The notes: generated by a model from the letters alone, not told the origin. A DNA stretch of 64,000 bases from an uncultured Armatimonadetes bacterium (GCA_963716175.1 OY970296.1:256001-320000), one strand, 5' to 3'; numbered from the stretch's first letter, positions 20,074 through 30,098 are shown. Translations and numbers: made by a program.

Positions 20074-22236
20074 ATGACTTACGACAAGTACCTGGAGCTG
20101 GATTTCACGGACGCCGGGCCCGGCGTGCTGATGACCCGGCGCGAGGTGCTGCAACTGCTGGGAAGCGGGATCGTCATCATGTTCACCGGCGCCGACGTCA
20201 TCGCTGCACAGCGAGGGCAGGAGCGGCGGAGTCGGTCCGGCCAGGAGCTGCCGGAGGACTTCAACGCGTTCCTCCGCATCGGAGAAGATGGCAAGGTGAC
20301 CTGCTTCACGGGCAAGATCGAGATGGGTCAGGGGGTCGTCACTTCGCTGGCCCAGGAGCTCGCCGACGAGCTGGACGTTGCGCTCGACTCCGTCCAGATG
20401 GTGATGGGCGATACCGACCTCTGCCCCTGGGACATGGGTACGTTTGGCTCCATGACCACACGGTTCTTCGGCCCCGCGCTGAGAGCGGCCGGGGCGGAGG
20501 CCCGAGGAGTCCTGTTGGAGCTGGCTGCAGAGCAGCTCGCGACGCCCGTTGGGCAGCTAGCGGTTGAGGACGGGGTGGTGTTCGACCCGGCGAACAGGGA
20601 CAAGCGCGTGTCGTACGCGCAACTCGCAAAGGGGAAGCGGATCGCCAGGCATCTAAAGCCACCTCCGCCCGTCAAGACCCCAGCCGCGTTCAAGGTGATC
20701 GGCAAGCCCAGTCTGCGGCGAGATGCGTTGGCGAAGGTGACTGGCGCGGCGAAGTATGCCGGCGATATTCGGCCCCCTGGGATGCTGTATGCGAAGATCC
20801 TGAGACCACCGGCGCACGGGGCGACGCTGAAGCAGGTAGATGTGTCCGGGGCGAAGGAGGTCAAGGGCGCGCGGGTGGTAAGAGATGGGGACCTGGTTGC
20901 GGTACTGCACGAGCATCCGGACGAGGCGGAGCGGGCCTTGTCGAAGATCAAGGCGGAGTTCGAGACCCGCGAGCTTGGCGTAGATGATAGCAACATCTTC
21001 GATCACCTGCTGAAGGCGGCTCCTGAAGAAGAGGAGGTGTCGCGCGGCGGCGATCTCAAGAGCGGCGAGGCCCGCGCGGCAGAGGTGTTCGAGAAGACAT
21101 ACCTGAACAGCTATGTGGCGCACGCACCCATCGAGCCGCATACCGCGGTGGTCCAGATCGAAGGCAAGAAGACGACAGTGTGGGCCTCCACCCAGACTCC
21201 CTTCGGCGCCAGGGACGAGGTTGCGGAAGCACTCGGCTGTCCACCGGAGGATGTCAGAGTCATCCCGCCGTTTGTCGGCGGAGGGTTCGGCGGCAAGTCC
21301 AGGAACCTGCAGGTGGTGGACGCTGCACGTCTCGCCAAGCTGGTCGGGAAGCCGGTGCAGGTCGCCTGGAGCCGGGCCGAGGAGTTCTTCGACGACAGCT
21401 TCCGGCCTGCGGCTGTGGTCAAGATCAGATCCGGCATCACGGACAGAGGAGAGATTGCTTTCTGGGACTACCACGTCTACTTCGCAGGTTCGCGGGGTTC
21501 GGAGCAGTTCTACAACATTGCGGATTACGCCACCATTGCCCATGGATCGGGTTGGGGAGGCGGGGCCCATCCCTTTGCCACCGGGGCCTGGCGTGCGCCG
21601 GGCAACAACACCAACACCTTCGCCCGAGAGTCGCAGATCGACATCATGGCTGCGAGGGCCCGAACGGACCCGGTGGAGTTCCGGCTGAGGCACCTGCGAG
21701 ACGAGAAGATGCGGGGAGTGCTGACAGCCGCCGCGGAGAGGTTCGGGTGGACATCGGCCAGGCCCTCCTCGGCCGGCCGCGGTTACGGCGTCGCTCTTGG
21801 GATCGACTCAGGGACGTACGTGGCCACCATGGTTGAGGCCGAAGTGGACGAGAGGACGGGTGCCGTCCAGGTGAAGCGAGTGGTGTGCGCGCAGAATATG
21901 GGCCTGTCAATCAACCCCGAGGGGGCGAGGATCCAGATGGAGGGGTGCGTCACTATGGGTCTGGGCTATACCCTGACCGAGGAGATTCGCTTCAAGGGTG
22001 GGGAGATCCTCGACCGCAACTTCGACACCTATCAGCTCCCCCGCTTCTCGTGGGTGCCGCAGATCGAGACGGTTCTCGTCGAGGACAGGAACGCCGCCCC
22101 CCAGGGCGGAGGCGAGCCGGCGATCATCACCACGGGCGGCGCGGTCGCCAATGCCATCTGCGCTGCCACGGGCGCGCGGGTGCTCCAGTTGCCCATGACT
22201 CCCAGCAGGGTTGTGGAAGCACTGAGGAAACGGTGA
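20074..22236 (+). CDS. Molybdopterin-binding large subunit, isoquinoline 1-oxidoreductase beta (IorB)-like
   Basis: TRREVL twin-Arg-like motif; GKIEMGQG, AHAPIEPH, GGGFGGK, AWRAPG and GGGEP; ATG 3 nt after the small-subunit stop. Confidence 0.9.
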   Translation: MTYDKYLELDFTDAGPGVLMTRREVLQLLGSGIVIMFTGADVIAAQRGQERRSRSGQELPEDFNAFLRIGEDGKVTCFTGKIEMGQGVVTSLAQELADELDVALDSVQMVMGDTDLCPWDMGTFGSMTTRFFGPALRAAGAEARGVLLELAAEQLATPVGQLAVEDGVVFDPANRDKRVSYAQLAKGKRIARHLKPPPPVKTPAAFKVIGKPSLRRDALAKVTGAAKYAGDIRPPGMLYAKILRPPAHGATLKQVDVSGAKEVKGARVVRDGDLVAVLHEHPDEAERALSKIKAEFETRELGVDDSNIFDHLLKAAPEEEEVSRGGDLKSGEARAAEVFEKTYLNSYVAHAPIEPHTAVVQIEGKKTTVWASTQTPFGARDEVAEALGCPPEDVRVIPPFVGGGFGGKSRNLQVVDAARLAKLVGKPVQVAWSRAEEFFDDSFRPAAVVKIRSGITDRGEIAFWDYHVYFAGSRGSEQFYNIADYATIAHGSGWGGGAHPFATGAWRAPGNNTNTFARESQIDIMAARARTDPVEFRLRHLRDEKMRGVLTAAAERFGWTSARPSSAGRGYGVALGIDSGTYVATMVEAEVDERTGAVQVKRVVCAQNMGLSINPEGARIQMEGCVTMGLGYTLTEEIRFKGGEILDRNFDTYQLPRFSWVPQIETVLVEDRNAAPQGGGEPAIITTGGAVANAICAATGARVLQLPMTPSRVVEALRKR

Positions 22237-22483
22237 TTGCCCGATGCGTTGTCGGGCGATGGTGCCGCCGGCTCAGGGGATCTCCTGGTGCAAGAGTCCC
22301 GGCTATCACGCCACAAGCCTCTGTTTGCCGAGCAGCAGATGGAATGGGCGTGGCGAGCGGCACCGAGACCCCCACCAAGGCCCTCTCCGGTGGCTGGTCA
22401 CAACGGTAGTCGGGACCGGCAGGCGGCACGGACCGCGACCGCACGCGTAGCTGAGCTGGCGCGGCCACCCGGCCGGGGCGTAC

Positions 22484-23077
22484 GTGCGGGCGCCGCAGGC
22501 GTTCCCGGATCGGTTCCGCGCCTACCTGGCGGTGAGCCCGCACTACCCGGAGCTGGTGTCGCGCGAGCTGGCCGAGTACGACAGCAGGAGCGACGTCTTC
22601 GTCGGCCTGAAGCTTCTGCCGGGCTATCACAAGGTGCGACTGAGCGACGAGCGCTACCGTCGGGCCTTCGAGTCCGCCAACGAGCGCGGTCTGATGCTGC
22701 TGGCCCACACCTACGATGGCAGCCAATAGAACGGAATCGAAGAGGTGCATCGCGTGTCCGAGAGGTATCCGAGGGTGCGCTTCCTGATGGGCCACAGCTT
22801 GAACGCGGCATGGCAGGAGGCCGCGGCCATTGCCCGGGAGCACCCGAACGCCTATCTGGAACTCACCAGCGTGCTCGGCCAGTACGGGCCGTCGAGGTGC
22901 TGTGCAGGGGTGCAGGCAGCGAGAAGATGCTCTTCGGCACAGACGCTCCCATGTACGGTCAGCACCAGGCGATAGGGCAGCTGCTCTCAGCCGACATCAG
23001 TGACGAGGACGTCCACAACATCTGCCACCGCAACGCCGAGCGGCTCCCGGGCCTGCAATCGAGGCAAGATCGGTCTA
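22484..23077 (+). pseudogene. Amidohydrolase_2-family fragment, disrupted
   Basis: FPDRFRAY, FVGLKL, LLAHT, LMGH, PNAYLE, KMLFGTDAP and ICHRNAERL are spread over frames. In-frame TAG at 22727-22729, frameshift at ~22887, and no recognisable N-terminal HxH metal motif. Confidence 0.65.
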
Positions 23078-23110
23078 GGCCGAAGGGCTACGCCGGGCAG
23101 GAGGTCCCGA

Positions 23111-24189
23111 GTGTCGTCCATCAGAAATCGCGAGCAGACCCTGCGCGCACTCTCTCACCACGCGACCGATCGCGTCCCCTTCGACAGCATCGGCAGCACA
23201 CACTCCCAGGAAATCGCTGGCATCGTCGAGTCGCTCGACCTGCCGCCGGAGGTGCGGACTTCCTACCTGGAGGGCGACTTCTGTTACCTGGAATTCGGGT
23301 GGCGCGAGGACCGCGAACGCTTCCACACCTACCTCCCGGGCCTGCCTGCGGAGGCTTTGGTGTCCGAGTGGGGCGTCGGCAGCCTCCCGCTGAAGACCGC
23401 CGAGGGGTACCATGCCGGACACCTCGACTTCCGGCCCCTGGCGCGAGTGAACTCGACAACCGAGCTGGACTCCTATCCCTTCCCCGATGTCACGGAGGCG
23501 TGGCGGCACGCCGACCTGGAGGAGAAGGTGCGCGCGGCGAAGCAGCAAGGCTATGTCGTGGTTGGCCAGATGTCCCAGACCATCCTCGAAACTGCCTACT
23601 GCATGCGGGGCATTGAGCCGCTCTTTGTGGACTTCCACGAGCGTCCCGACTACGTGGCGACGCTCTTCGAGCGGATCGCCGAGCGCCGCCGGTTCCAGGC
23701 CCGCCGCTTCGCCGAGGCCGGGGTAGATGTGCTGCGCATCGGGGACGACATAGCTACCCAGCAGAGCCTGCTGGTCGGCCCGCGGCTCTACCGGGAGCGG
23801 ATCAAGCCGTTCCATGCCTCGGTGGTTGCGGCCCGCGCGCGGTCAGCCCCTCCCTCCAGGTGCTCTACCATAGCGATGGCAAGCTGACGGCCTTGCTGCC
23901 GGATCTGATCGAGGTGGGCGTCACGGCGATCAACCCGGTTCAGCCGGAGTGCATGGACCTGGTGGAGACGAAGAGGAGCTTCGGCCAGCACCTGACGCTG
24001 TGGGGGTGCTGCCCGGTGCAGAGCGCCTACGCCTTTGGCTCGCGGGCGGACGTGCTCGACCATGTGCGCCTGCTGAAGGGGGAACTCGCCGCCGGTGGCG
24101 GCCTGGTCGCCCAGTTCTACAATATGATCCTGACGCCGAAGGTGAAGGAAAACCTGAGGGCGTTCTTCGAATCATTCCGAGTGAGTTGA
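23111..24189 (+). CDS. Uroporphyrinogen-decarboxylase/MtaA-like TIM-barrel protein (frameshift at ~23833)
   Basis: GTG after CAGGAGG; SEWGVG, MRGIE, IGDDIATQ, then YHSDG, INPVQPE and LTLWG in the next frame; a 1-nt deletion explains the break. Confidence 0.8.
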
Positions 24190-24207
24190 GCAATAGGAGC
24201 GGATGAT

Positions 24208-25371
24208 ATGACAGCAGCCCTTTCCTCACGCGAACGCATGCTCACCGCGCTGGAGTGCCGAGAGCCGGACTACGTGCCCTGCTGCTTCATCGAATTCCAG
24301 ATCCTGCGCCAGCGGTGCGCGGACGAACGCGAGCTCCTGAACAGGCAGCTCGACATGGGTCTGGACGTGGTGGTCGAGGTGTCCCAGCCTCCGGTGAGGC
24401 ACGACCCGCGAGTCCGCGTTACAGAGACAGTGCGGGAAGATCCGGGCGAGCAGTATCCCGTGCTGCGGAAGGAGTACAGCACGCCGGCCGGGAGCTTGCG
24501 AGCGGAGGTGGTAAAGACCCCAGACTGGCCGTGGGGCGACCATCTTCCGTTGATGGATGACTTCGCAATCCCCCGCGCCAAGAAGTTCCTGATCACCGCG
24601 AGCGATGACCTGGATGCGCTCACATACGTGCTGGGCCGGCCGACCCAGGAGGACGTCACGCGGTTGACGGAGCGGTACCGCGCGGCGAAGGCGCTGGCGG
24701 CGGAGCGAGATCTCCTGACGATGGCGTGCTACGGGATGGTGGGCGACGTGGCGTGCTGGCTGGCCGGGATCAAGCCGGTCACCATGCTGGCGATCGACAA
24801 CCCCAGCTTCGTGGACCGTTTCCTGAGCATCATCGAGGAATGGAACAGCCGACAGATGGAACTGATGCTGCGGCAGGGGGTGGACCTGCTGGTGCGACGG
24901 GCCTGGTACGAGCATGCCGACGTGTGGTCGCCATCTCTGTACCAGAGGTTCATACTCCCGGGCCTGCGCCGGGATGTCGCCCAGACACATGCGGCCGGTG
25001 CCAAGCTCGGCTACCTGATGAGCTGCTCTTCCCTGCCTCTGGTGGACATGATGATCGACGCGGGCGTGGACGTGTTGCTCGGGGTTGACCCGGCCCAGGA
25101 TCGGACGATGGACCTCGCCGCGCTCAAGGCGAAGGCCGCGGGCCGCATGTGCCTGTGGGGAGGCGTATGCGGCTATCTCACGGTGGAGTGCGGCACCCCG
25201 GAGGACATCCGGGACCAGGTGCGGCAGGCGATCTCGACTCTGGCCCCCGGAGGCGGGTTCATCTTGGCACCGGTGACGAACGTGCGGGAAGACAACGACA
25301 GAGTCTGGCGCAACCTGGAGGCACTGATCACTACCTGGCGCGACCTCCGCGGCGGTCCGGGCTCCCGCTAA
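24208..25371 (+). CDS. Uroporphyrinogen-decarboxylase-family protein
   Basis: SSRERML..L...PDYVP, TPAGSL, CLWGG, GTPEDIR..V and GGGFIL. Confidence 0.85.
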   Translation: MTAALSSRERMLTALECREPDYVPCCFIEFQILRQRCADERELLNRQLDMGLDVVVEVSQPPVRHDPRVRVTETVREDPGEQYPVLRKEYSTPAGSLRAEVVKTPDWPWGDHLPLMDDFAIPRAKKFLITASDDLDALTYVLGRPTQEDVTRLTERYRAAKALAAERDLLTMACYGMVGDVACWLAGIKPVTMLAIDNPSFVDRFLSIIEEWNSRQMELMLRQGVDLLVRRAWYEHADVWSPSLYQRFILPGLRRDVAQTHAAGAKLGYLMSCSSLPLVDMMIDAGVDVLLGVDPAQDRTMDLAALKAKAAGRMCLWGGVCGYLTVECGTPEDIRDQVRQAISTLAPGGGFILAPVTNVREDNDRVWRNLEALITTWRDLRGGPGSR

Positions 25372-25514
25372 CGGCACCGACCAGCCATGTTGATGGTCGC
25401 ACCAAAGGAGGCAGACCGAAGTTGCGGCACCGAGAGCGAGCGCGGACGAGGCGACCACCTGGCAGCGAACCGACGCGAGGCAAAGAGCCCGACAGCAGTC
25501 GCTGGAGCCACTAG

Positions 25515-27488
25515 ATGATCTCGCCGCAGGAAACTGAGAACCGGTCCGCCGGTGTCACCAGGCGCGCCGTTCTCATCGCCTTCGCTGCCCTGCTTGCGAT
25601 CTTCCCTATCGCGCTCTATGTCGAGCTGATCCGAGATCTCGCCTACAACTTCATGGCTCTCGTGCCGCCCATCGCCCAGTTGGCGATCCTTTTTCTGCTG
25701 GTGGCGATCAACCCGGCGCTAGCGCGGCGCAGATGGACCGGCCTCTCTCGGCGCGAGCTTCTGACTGTCTACTCGGTGCTGATCGTCGCCGGTCCGTTGA
25801 TGTCTCATGGCATTCTATTCTGGTGGCTCTCGTGCTCCATCGGCCAGCAGTACTTCGGGCGAGCCGCCCCGCAGTGGGAGAAAGCCTATTTCCAGTACAT
25901 CCCATGGTGGTTCTACCCCAAGAATGTGACCGCGGTCGAGGGGTTCTTCCAGGGCCATGCGCCGGTTCCATGGTCGCTGTGGTCGGTCCCACTGCTGGCC
26001 TGGGAGTCGTTCTTCGTGGCGCTCTTCCTGGCGAACGTCTCCCTGCTGCTGATGCTGAAGCAGCAGTGGATTCGGAATGAGCGCCTGACCTTTCCCATCG
26101 CCATGATCCCGTTGGAGACCGTGCGGGAACGAGACCAGGGCGGGATGCGCGTGGGCCACCTGCCGACAGCCTGGCCGTTCTGGATCGGGTTTCTGGTGGC
26201 GGCCTGGCTCAGCCTGCAGTCTGATCTGCCGCGGTTCCTGCCCTGGTTCCCCTCCATTCCAACGGGCGGCGAGACAATCCTGATCCCGTGGCAGAAGGTA
26301 GGCCCTCTCGCTGGCCTTGGCGACATCTGGTTCGTGATCTACCCAGAGATCGTCGCGCTCGCCTATCTGATCCCGAAGGAGCTGTCATTCTCCGTTTGGT
26401 TCTTCTGGATCGTGCGCGTGGGGCTGACGGTGATCTCGATCGCGGCCGGCGCCACGCCGCGCAAGCCTGAGGAGTGGTACGGCACTACTTTCCCAGCGCC
26501 ATACTATCAGGGCGGCGGGGCGCTGCTGGCTCTGGGGGGCTGGGGCCTGTGGGTGGCCTGGCGGCATCTGAAGCGGGTAGGCCTGCTGGCGATTGCGGGA
26601 AAGGCCGAACGGGACGGAACTGGCGAATGGTCCGGCTACCGCTTTGCCGCCATCATGTTCCTGCTATGCTATGCCTACATGGTCTGCTTCTGCTGGCTGG
26701 CAGGCAGCCGCGTCATCGTCGGCATGTCGTTGATCGGGTTGATCATCGCCTGGCATATGGTGTGGGCCCGCCTGCGCGCAGAGACCGGCATGAGCTTCAT
26801 CGCGTACCCGTTCCAGGTGAACGACATGATGCTGCAGCCCTTTGGCAGCAGCGCCTATCCGCCGGCGGAGCTCGTCACCATGAGCGGCCTGCGCTGGGCC
26901 ACTTTCCCGGGCTGGGGCGAGTCCTGTGAAGTGATCACCGGGGGAGCGCTCGATGGACTCAAGATCGCCGACTCGGCGCGGATTTCGCCACGGCAACTGA
27001 CGGGCGCAATGATCGGCGCATTCGTACTGGCACTGGCCGTGGGGGCTCCCATGGTGCTGGCCACCTGTTATCACTGGGGGATGCTCCAACTGCACGATCC
27101 CACCGGAGGGTGGGTGGAGGGAATGGTTCGCGGAACCGGGACGGAGACGTTCGACAACATCAACAATCCCACCCATTTCGATCCCATCGCGGCCATTGCC
27201 CTGGGGTCGGGCCTGCTGTTCGCGCTTTTCCTGGGGCTGATGCGATTGCGGTTCTGGTGGTGGCCGTTCCACCCGGTGGGCTATATCGCCGCCAATGTCT
27301 GGGGGTCACAGTGGTGGTACATGCCATTGTTCGTGGGGTGGGCCTTCAAGTCGCTGGTGATCCGTTACGGGGGGCTGCGTCTGTACCAGCGCACGATCCC
27401 GGCTGCGGTCGGCGTGATCGTCGGCACGCAGTCCGCCAGTGTGCTCTGGACGGTCACCGAAGGCCTGGTACGGGCCTTCGTGCGTTGA
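25515..27488 (+). CDS. DUF6785/DUF6784-like polytopic membrane protein (second paralog)
   Basis: GVTRRAV, LSRRELL, QWIRNERLTFP, ELSFSVWFF, RAETG, WWPFHPVGY and RYGGLRLY. Confidence 0.82.
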   Translation: MISPQETENRSAGVTRRAVLIAFAALLAIFPIALYVELIRDLAYNFMALVPPIAQLAILFLLVAINPALARRRWTGLSRRELLTVYSVLIVAGPLMSHGILFWWLSCSIGQQYFGRAAPQWEKAYFQYIPWWFYPKNVTAVEGFFQGHAPVPWSLWSVPLLAWESFFVALFLANVSLLLMLKQQWIRNERLTFPIAMIPLETVRERDQGGMRVGHLPTAWPFWIGFLVAAWLSLQSDLPRFLPWFPSIPTGGETILIPWQKVGPLAGLGDIWFVIYPEIVALAYLIPKELSFSVWFFWIVRVGLTVISIAAGATPRKPEEWYGTTFPAPYYQGGGALLALGGWGLWVAWRHLKRVGLLAIAGKAERDGTGEWSGYRFAAIMFLLCYAYMVCFCWLAGSRVIVGMSLIGLIIAWHMVWARLRAETGMSFIAYPFQVNDMMLQPFGSSAYPPAELVTMSGLRWATFPGWGESCEVITGGALDGLKIADSARISPRQLTGAMIGAFVLALAVGAPMVLATCYHWGMLQLHDPTGGWVEGMVRGTGTETFDNINNPTHFDPIAAIALGSGLLFALFLGLMRLRFWWWPFHPVGYIAANVWGSQWWYMPLFVGWAFKSLVIRYGGLRLYQRTIPAAVGVIVGTQSASVLWTVTEGLVRAFVR

Positions 27489-27556
27489 GGGCCATGGCCC
27501 CTGTACGCGACGCGGCGACAGCGGCAGGGGCGGGAGATGGTGCTTGGCAGATTGCA

Positions 27557-27660
27557 CTAGAGAGCTTCGCCGAATGAAGTAACAGGGCGAAGCTCAAGAG
27601 GCGGCCCAGACGGGCACAGGGCGATGTTCGCACATTACTTCGTTGTGCGAACATCACTAG
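27557..27660. repeat. Inverted doublet of related palindromes flanked by CTAG (REPIN/MITE-like or kissing-loop RNA)
   Basis: Hairpin 1 is GAGCTTCGCC/GGCGAAGCTC (27562-27595). Hairpin 2 is GATGTTCGCACA/TGTGCGAACATC (27623-27655). The loops ATGAAGTAA and TTACTTCGT are complementary. CTAG at 27557 and 27657. Confidence 0.75.
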
Positions 27661-27758
27661 GACGCGTACAGCAGCCCTCAGGGCCCGGCTGTGGTGCGGG
27701 GTGTTCAATGCTAAGATGCGATCCGGGATGTGCCGAAACCGGGTGGAGGTGAGTTGCT

Positions 27759-28568
27759 TTGCCGATTGAGATCATCACGCACCAACTGAAGCGCGGGCGC
27801 ATTCGGTCTGCGCTCTTCGATTTCGACGGCACGATCTCGCTCATCCGAGAGGGTTGGCAGCAGATCATGATCCCGATGATGGTGGCGACGCTGCTCGAGA
27901 CACCGGGGCACGAGGGCGAATCCGCGCTGCGGCAGGTCGTCACCACATATGTCGAGGAGCTCACTGGGAAGCAGACCATCTACCAGATGCTGCGGCTGTG
28001 CGAAGAGGTCGCGAAGCGCGGTGGCGCGCCGCTGCCCGCGCTCGAGTACAAGCGGCGCTATCTGGACCTCCTCTGGCAGCATATCGAGGCTCGGGTGGCC
28101 GCGCTTGAGAACGGGGCCGTCAGCCGCGACGATCTCTGCGTGCCCGGAGCCCGGGCGCTGTTGAGCGAACTGCAGCGGCGGGGCGTCACATTGTACCTGG
28201 CGAGCGGGACGGACTTGGGCGATGTCAGGCGCGAAGTAGAGGCGTTGGGTCTGGACGAGTTTTTCCAGGAGCGGGTCTATGGGGCGCTCGACCGCTATTG
28301 GGAGTTCAGCAAGGCGCAGCTGGTGGCGCAGATCACACAGCAGCACAAGCTTGCCGGGCCGGAGTTCCTCGGGGTAGGAGACGGCTATGTCGAGATTCAG
28401 GACACAAAGGCCATCGGCGGCATCGCCGTAGGCGTGGCCTCTGATGAGGCGCGGCGCACTGGCATCAACCAATGGAAACGGGAACGCCTGATTCGAGCTG
28501 GCGCTGACATCATCGTTCCGGATTTCCGCGAGTGCGAAAGCCTGATCGCCTATCTGTTCCCGAAGTGA
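27759..28568 (+). CDS. HAD-superfamily hydrolase (phosphatase-like)
   Basis: FDFDGTISLIREGW, LASGT, FSK and GDGYVEI; TTG start after GGAGG. Confidence 0.88.
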   Translation: MPIEIITHQLKRGRIRSALFDFDGTISLIREGWQQIMIPMMVATLLETPGHEGESALRQVVTTYVEELTGKQTIYQMLRLCEEVAKRGGAPLPALEYKRRYLDLLWQHIEARVAALENGAVSRDDLCVPGARALLSELQRRGVTLYLASGTDLGDVRREVEALGLDEFFQERVYGALDRYWEFSKAQLVAQITQQHKLAGPEFLGVGDGYVEIQDTKAIGGIAVGVASDEARRTGINQWKRERLIRAGADIIVPDFRECESLIAYLFPK

Positions 28569-28693
28569 CTTCTACGCACACGAAGCATAACCGTGGCTGC
28601 AGCCAGGTTCGGCAGCACCAGGCGTCGCCTCAGGCCGTTCGCCGTCGCCGGCACGGGGAGGGCGCACTGGGACCGAAGCCGCGGGCGCTGGCG

Positions 28694-28930
28694 GTGAGCG
28701 TACATCGGTTCCACTCCGGCCTCGCAGCCCTCACGTCGGCACCGGGAGTCGCAGGTGCGGATCGTCCCTCGGGCGTAACCTTGCGCACGGTGGTGTTGGG
28801 GCTGGTATTGGTTGTCGGATTCGCCTTTTTCATCCCCTATCTCAGCGATGTCAGGGATGGCCCGGACCTTGGCATCCGCCCGATCAACGGGGCCCTCCGT
28901 GCTCGCTCTCCTCCTCGTGCTCGGCCCATC
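28694..28930 (+). pseudogene. N-terminal remnant of a third DUF6785-like membrane protein
   Basis: SGVTLRTVVLGLVLVVGFAFFIPY...ING(A)SVLALLLVLGP resembles the N-termini of the two intact paralogs; it is frameshifted at ~28894 and then lost. Confidence 0.55.
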
Positions 28931-29135
28931 CCACCCGCCCACCGCGCCCGAAGTGACGCTGGGAGCCATCGCGCGAGTCCTGCCCTGGGAGCCATGGGCC
29001 GCATCGGGTGCGCGGGCAGCTATCGCGCTCTGGCGCGGCGACACGCGAACGGAGGGCCGACTGCCCTTGTCGGCCCCCCGCATTGCTCATCCCCCACTGC
29101 TGAAGAACAGACCCTCTGACCTGTGCCAGCGCCTG

Positions 29136-29657
29136 CTAGCGCCCGTGGCGACGTCGCAGACCTACCCCGAGGAGCAGCGCGAGACCGGACCCCAGCAGCA
29201 CCATCGAGGTCGGCTCAGGCACCGCGTGGTGGCAATTGCCCGCCCAGAACGTATACACGTCATTCGGCTGGCGCACGTGGAGAGCGAAGTGGGTCTGATC
29301 CCAGTGGGTCGCGCCGAGTTTGCCCCATTCCCATCCACCGTTCAGCGACGTCCAGTTCGCATCATTTGCCAGGGAGTTGCCGCCGTCGTAGCCGTAGCCG
29401 TACCCGGAACCACCAGGGGGGTCGGCAAGCCCGTCCAGATTGCCCACGTACGGGACGAAGGCCCTGAAGCTCCAGCCATTCGCGGGAGGAGTCACTGTGA
29501 CCGTGTGGTAGGTGAGCCCGCCACTCTGGCTTAGGTTAACTCCGAAGTCGGTCCGGGGCTGGATGGCATTCCAACTCGGCCACGGATCGGCGCTCGCACA
29601 GGTTGCGAGCAGAGCCACAAATGCCAATCCAACCACGATCATCCAGAAACCACGCAT
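29136..29657 (-). CDS. PEP-CTERM sorting-signal surface protein
   Basis: Signal peptide MRGFWMIVVGLAFVALLATCASA; C-terminal VPEPTSMVLLGSGLALLLGVGLRRRHGR; RBS GAAGGAGG. Confidence 0.92.
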   Translation of the reverse strand: MRGFWMIVVGLAFVALLATCASADPWPSWNAIQPRTDFGVNLSQSGGLTYHTVTVTPPANGWSFRAFVPYVGNLDGLADPPGGSGYGYGYDGGNSLANDANWTSLNGGWEWGKLGATHWDQTHFALHVRQPNDVYTFWAGNCHHAVPEPTSMVLLGSGLALLLGVGLRRRHGR

Positions 29658-29804
29658 CTTCTTGCCCTCCTTCAAGATCCTGCCTGACCTCGGTCGAATG
29701 GCTCGCCGGGTGCAAGAGCCGGGCTGACGAATTGTCTTGAGACCATATCTGGCGCACGCGCTCTTCTGCAAGTCCGCGTGCTCCTGACGCCAACCTCAGA
29801 GACA

Positions 29805-29820
29805 CGCACAATCCGTGCCT
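29805..29820 (-). promoter_or_regulatory. Sigma-54 -24/-12 motif, proximal to PEP-CTERM gene
   Basis: Minus strand AGGCACGGATTGTGCG (GG-N10-GC). Confidence 0.55.
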
Positions 29821-29996
29821 AGCGCCACCCTGAGGCGATCTGCCGAGCATCAGGCCTCCTGGCCTTCGCTCCCCCGGCAACTCCTCAGGACCACCCTTGC
29901 CCACCTGCCGGCCCTGCGGCCCAACCCGGTGCGCGCCCAGCCTGCCACGGCCCGGCATATAACTGATCCTGTGCGCAACCGTCTACTCTCCCGGGA

Positions 29997-30012
29997 AGCA
30001 AGAAACATGCCA
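29997..30012 (-). promoter_or_regulatory. Sigma-54 -24/-12 motif, distal, toward PEP-CTERM gene
   Basis: Minus strand TGGCATGTTTCTTGCT. Confidence 0.75.
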
Positions 30013-30098
30013 GGGACCGTCCGAATCCGATACTGCTCGTCGCCCGGCGTGGCCTGGGCGCAGCTAGACGTATCAGAGCATCTGTGGTAGGCCTCCTG

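Noticed and set aside
22727-22729. In-frame TAG in the amidohydrolase as possible pyrrolysine or stop-codon recoding
   Set aside because: TAG terminates many genes in this window, no pyl genes are visible, and the same gene has other lesions. A point mutation or error (e.g. TAC to TAG) is simpler.
22237-23616. 459-aa ORF after the Mo-enzyme
   Set aside because: It is mostly Arg/Pro/Gly-rich off-frame translation. Only a ~55-aa stretch is the true amidohydrolase C-terminus, and it overlaps the URO-D-like gene.
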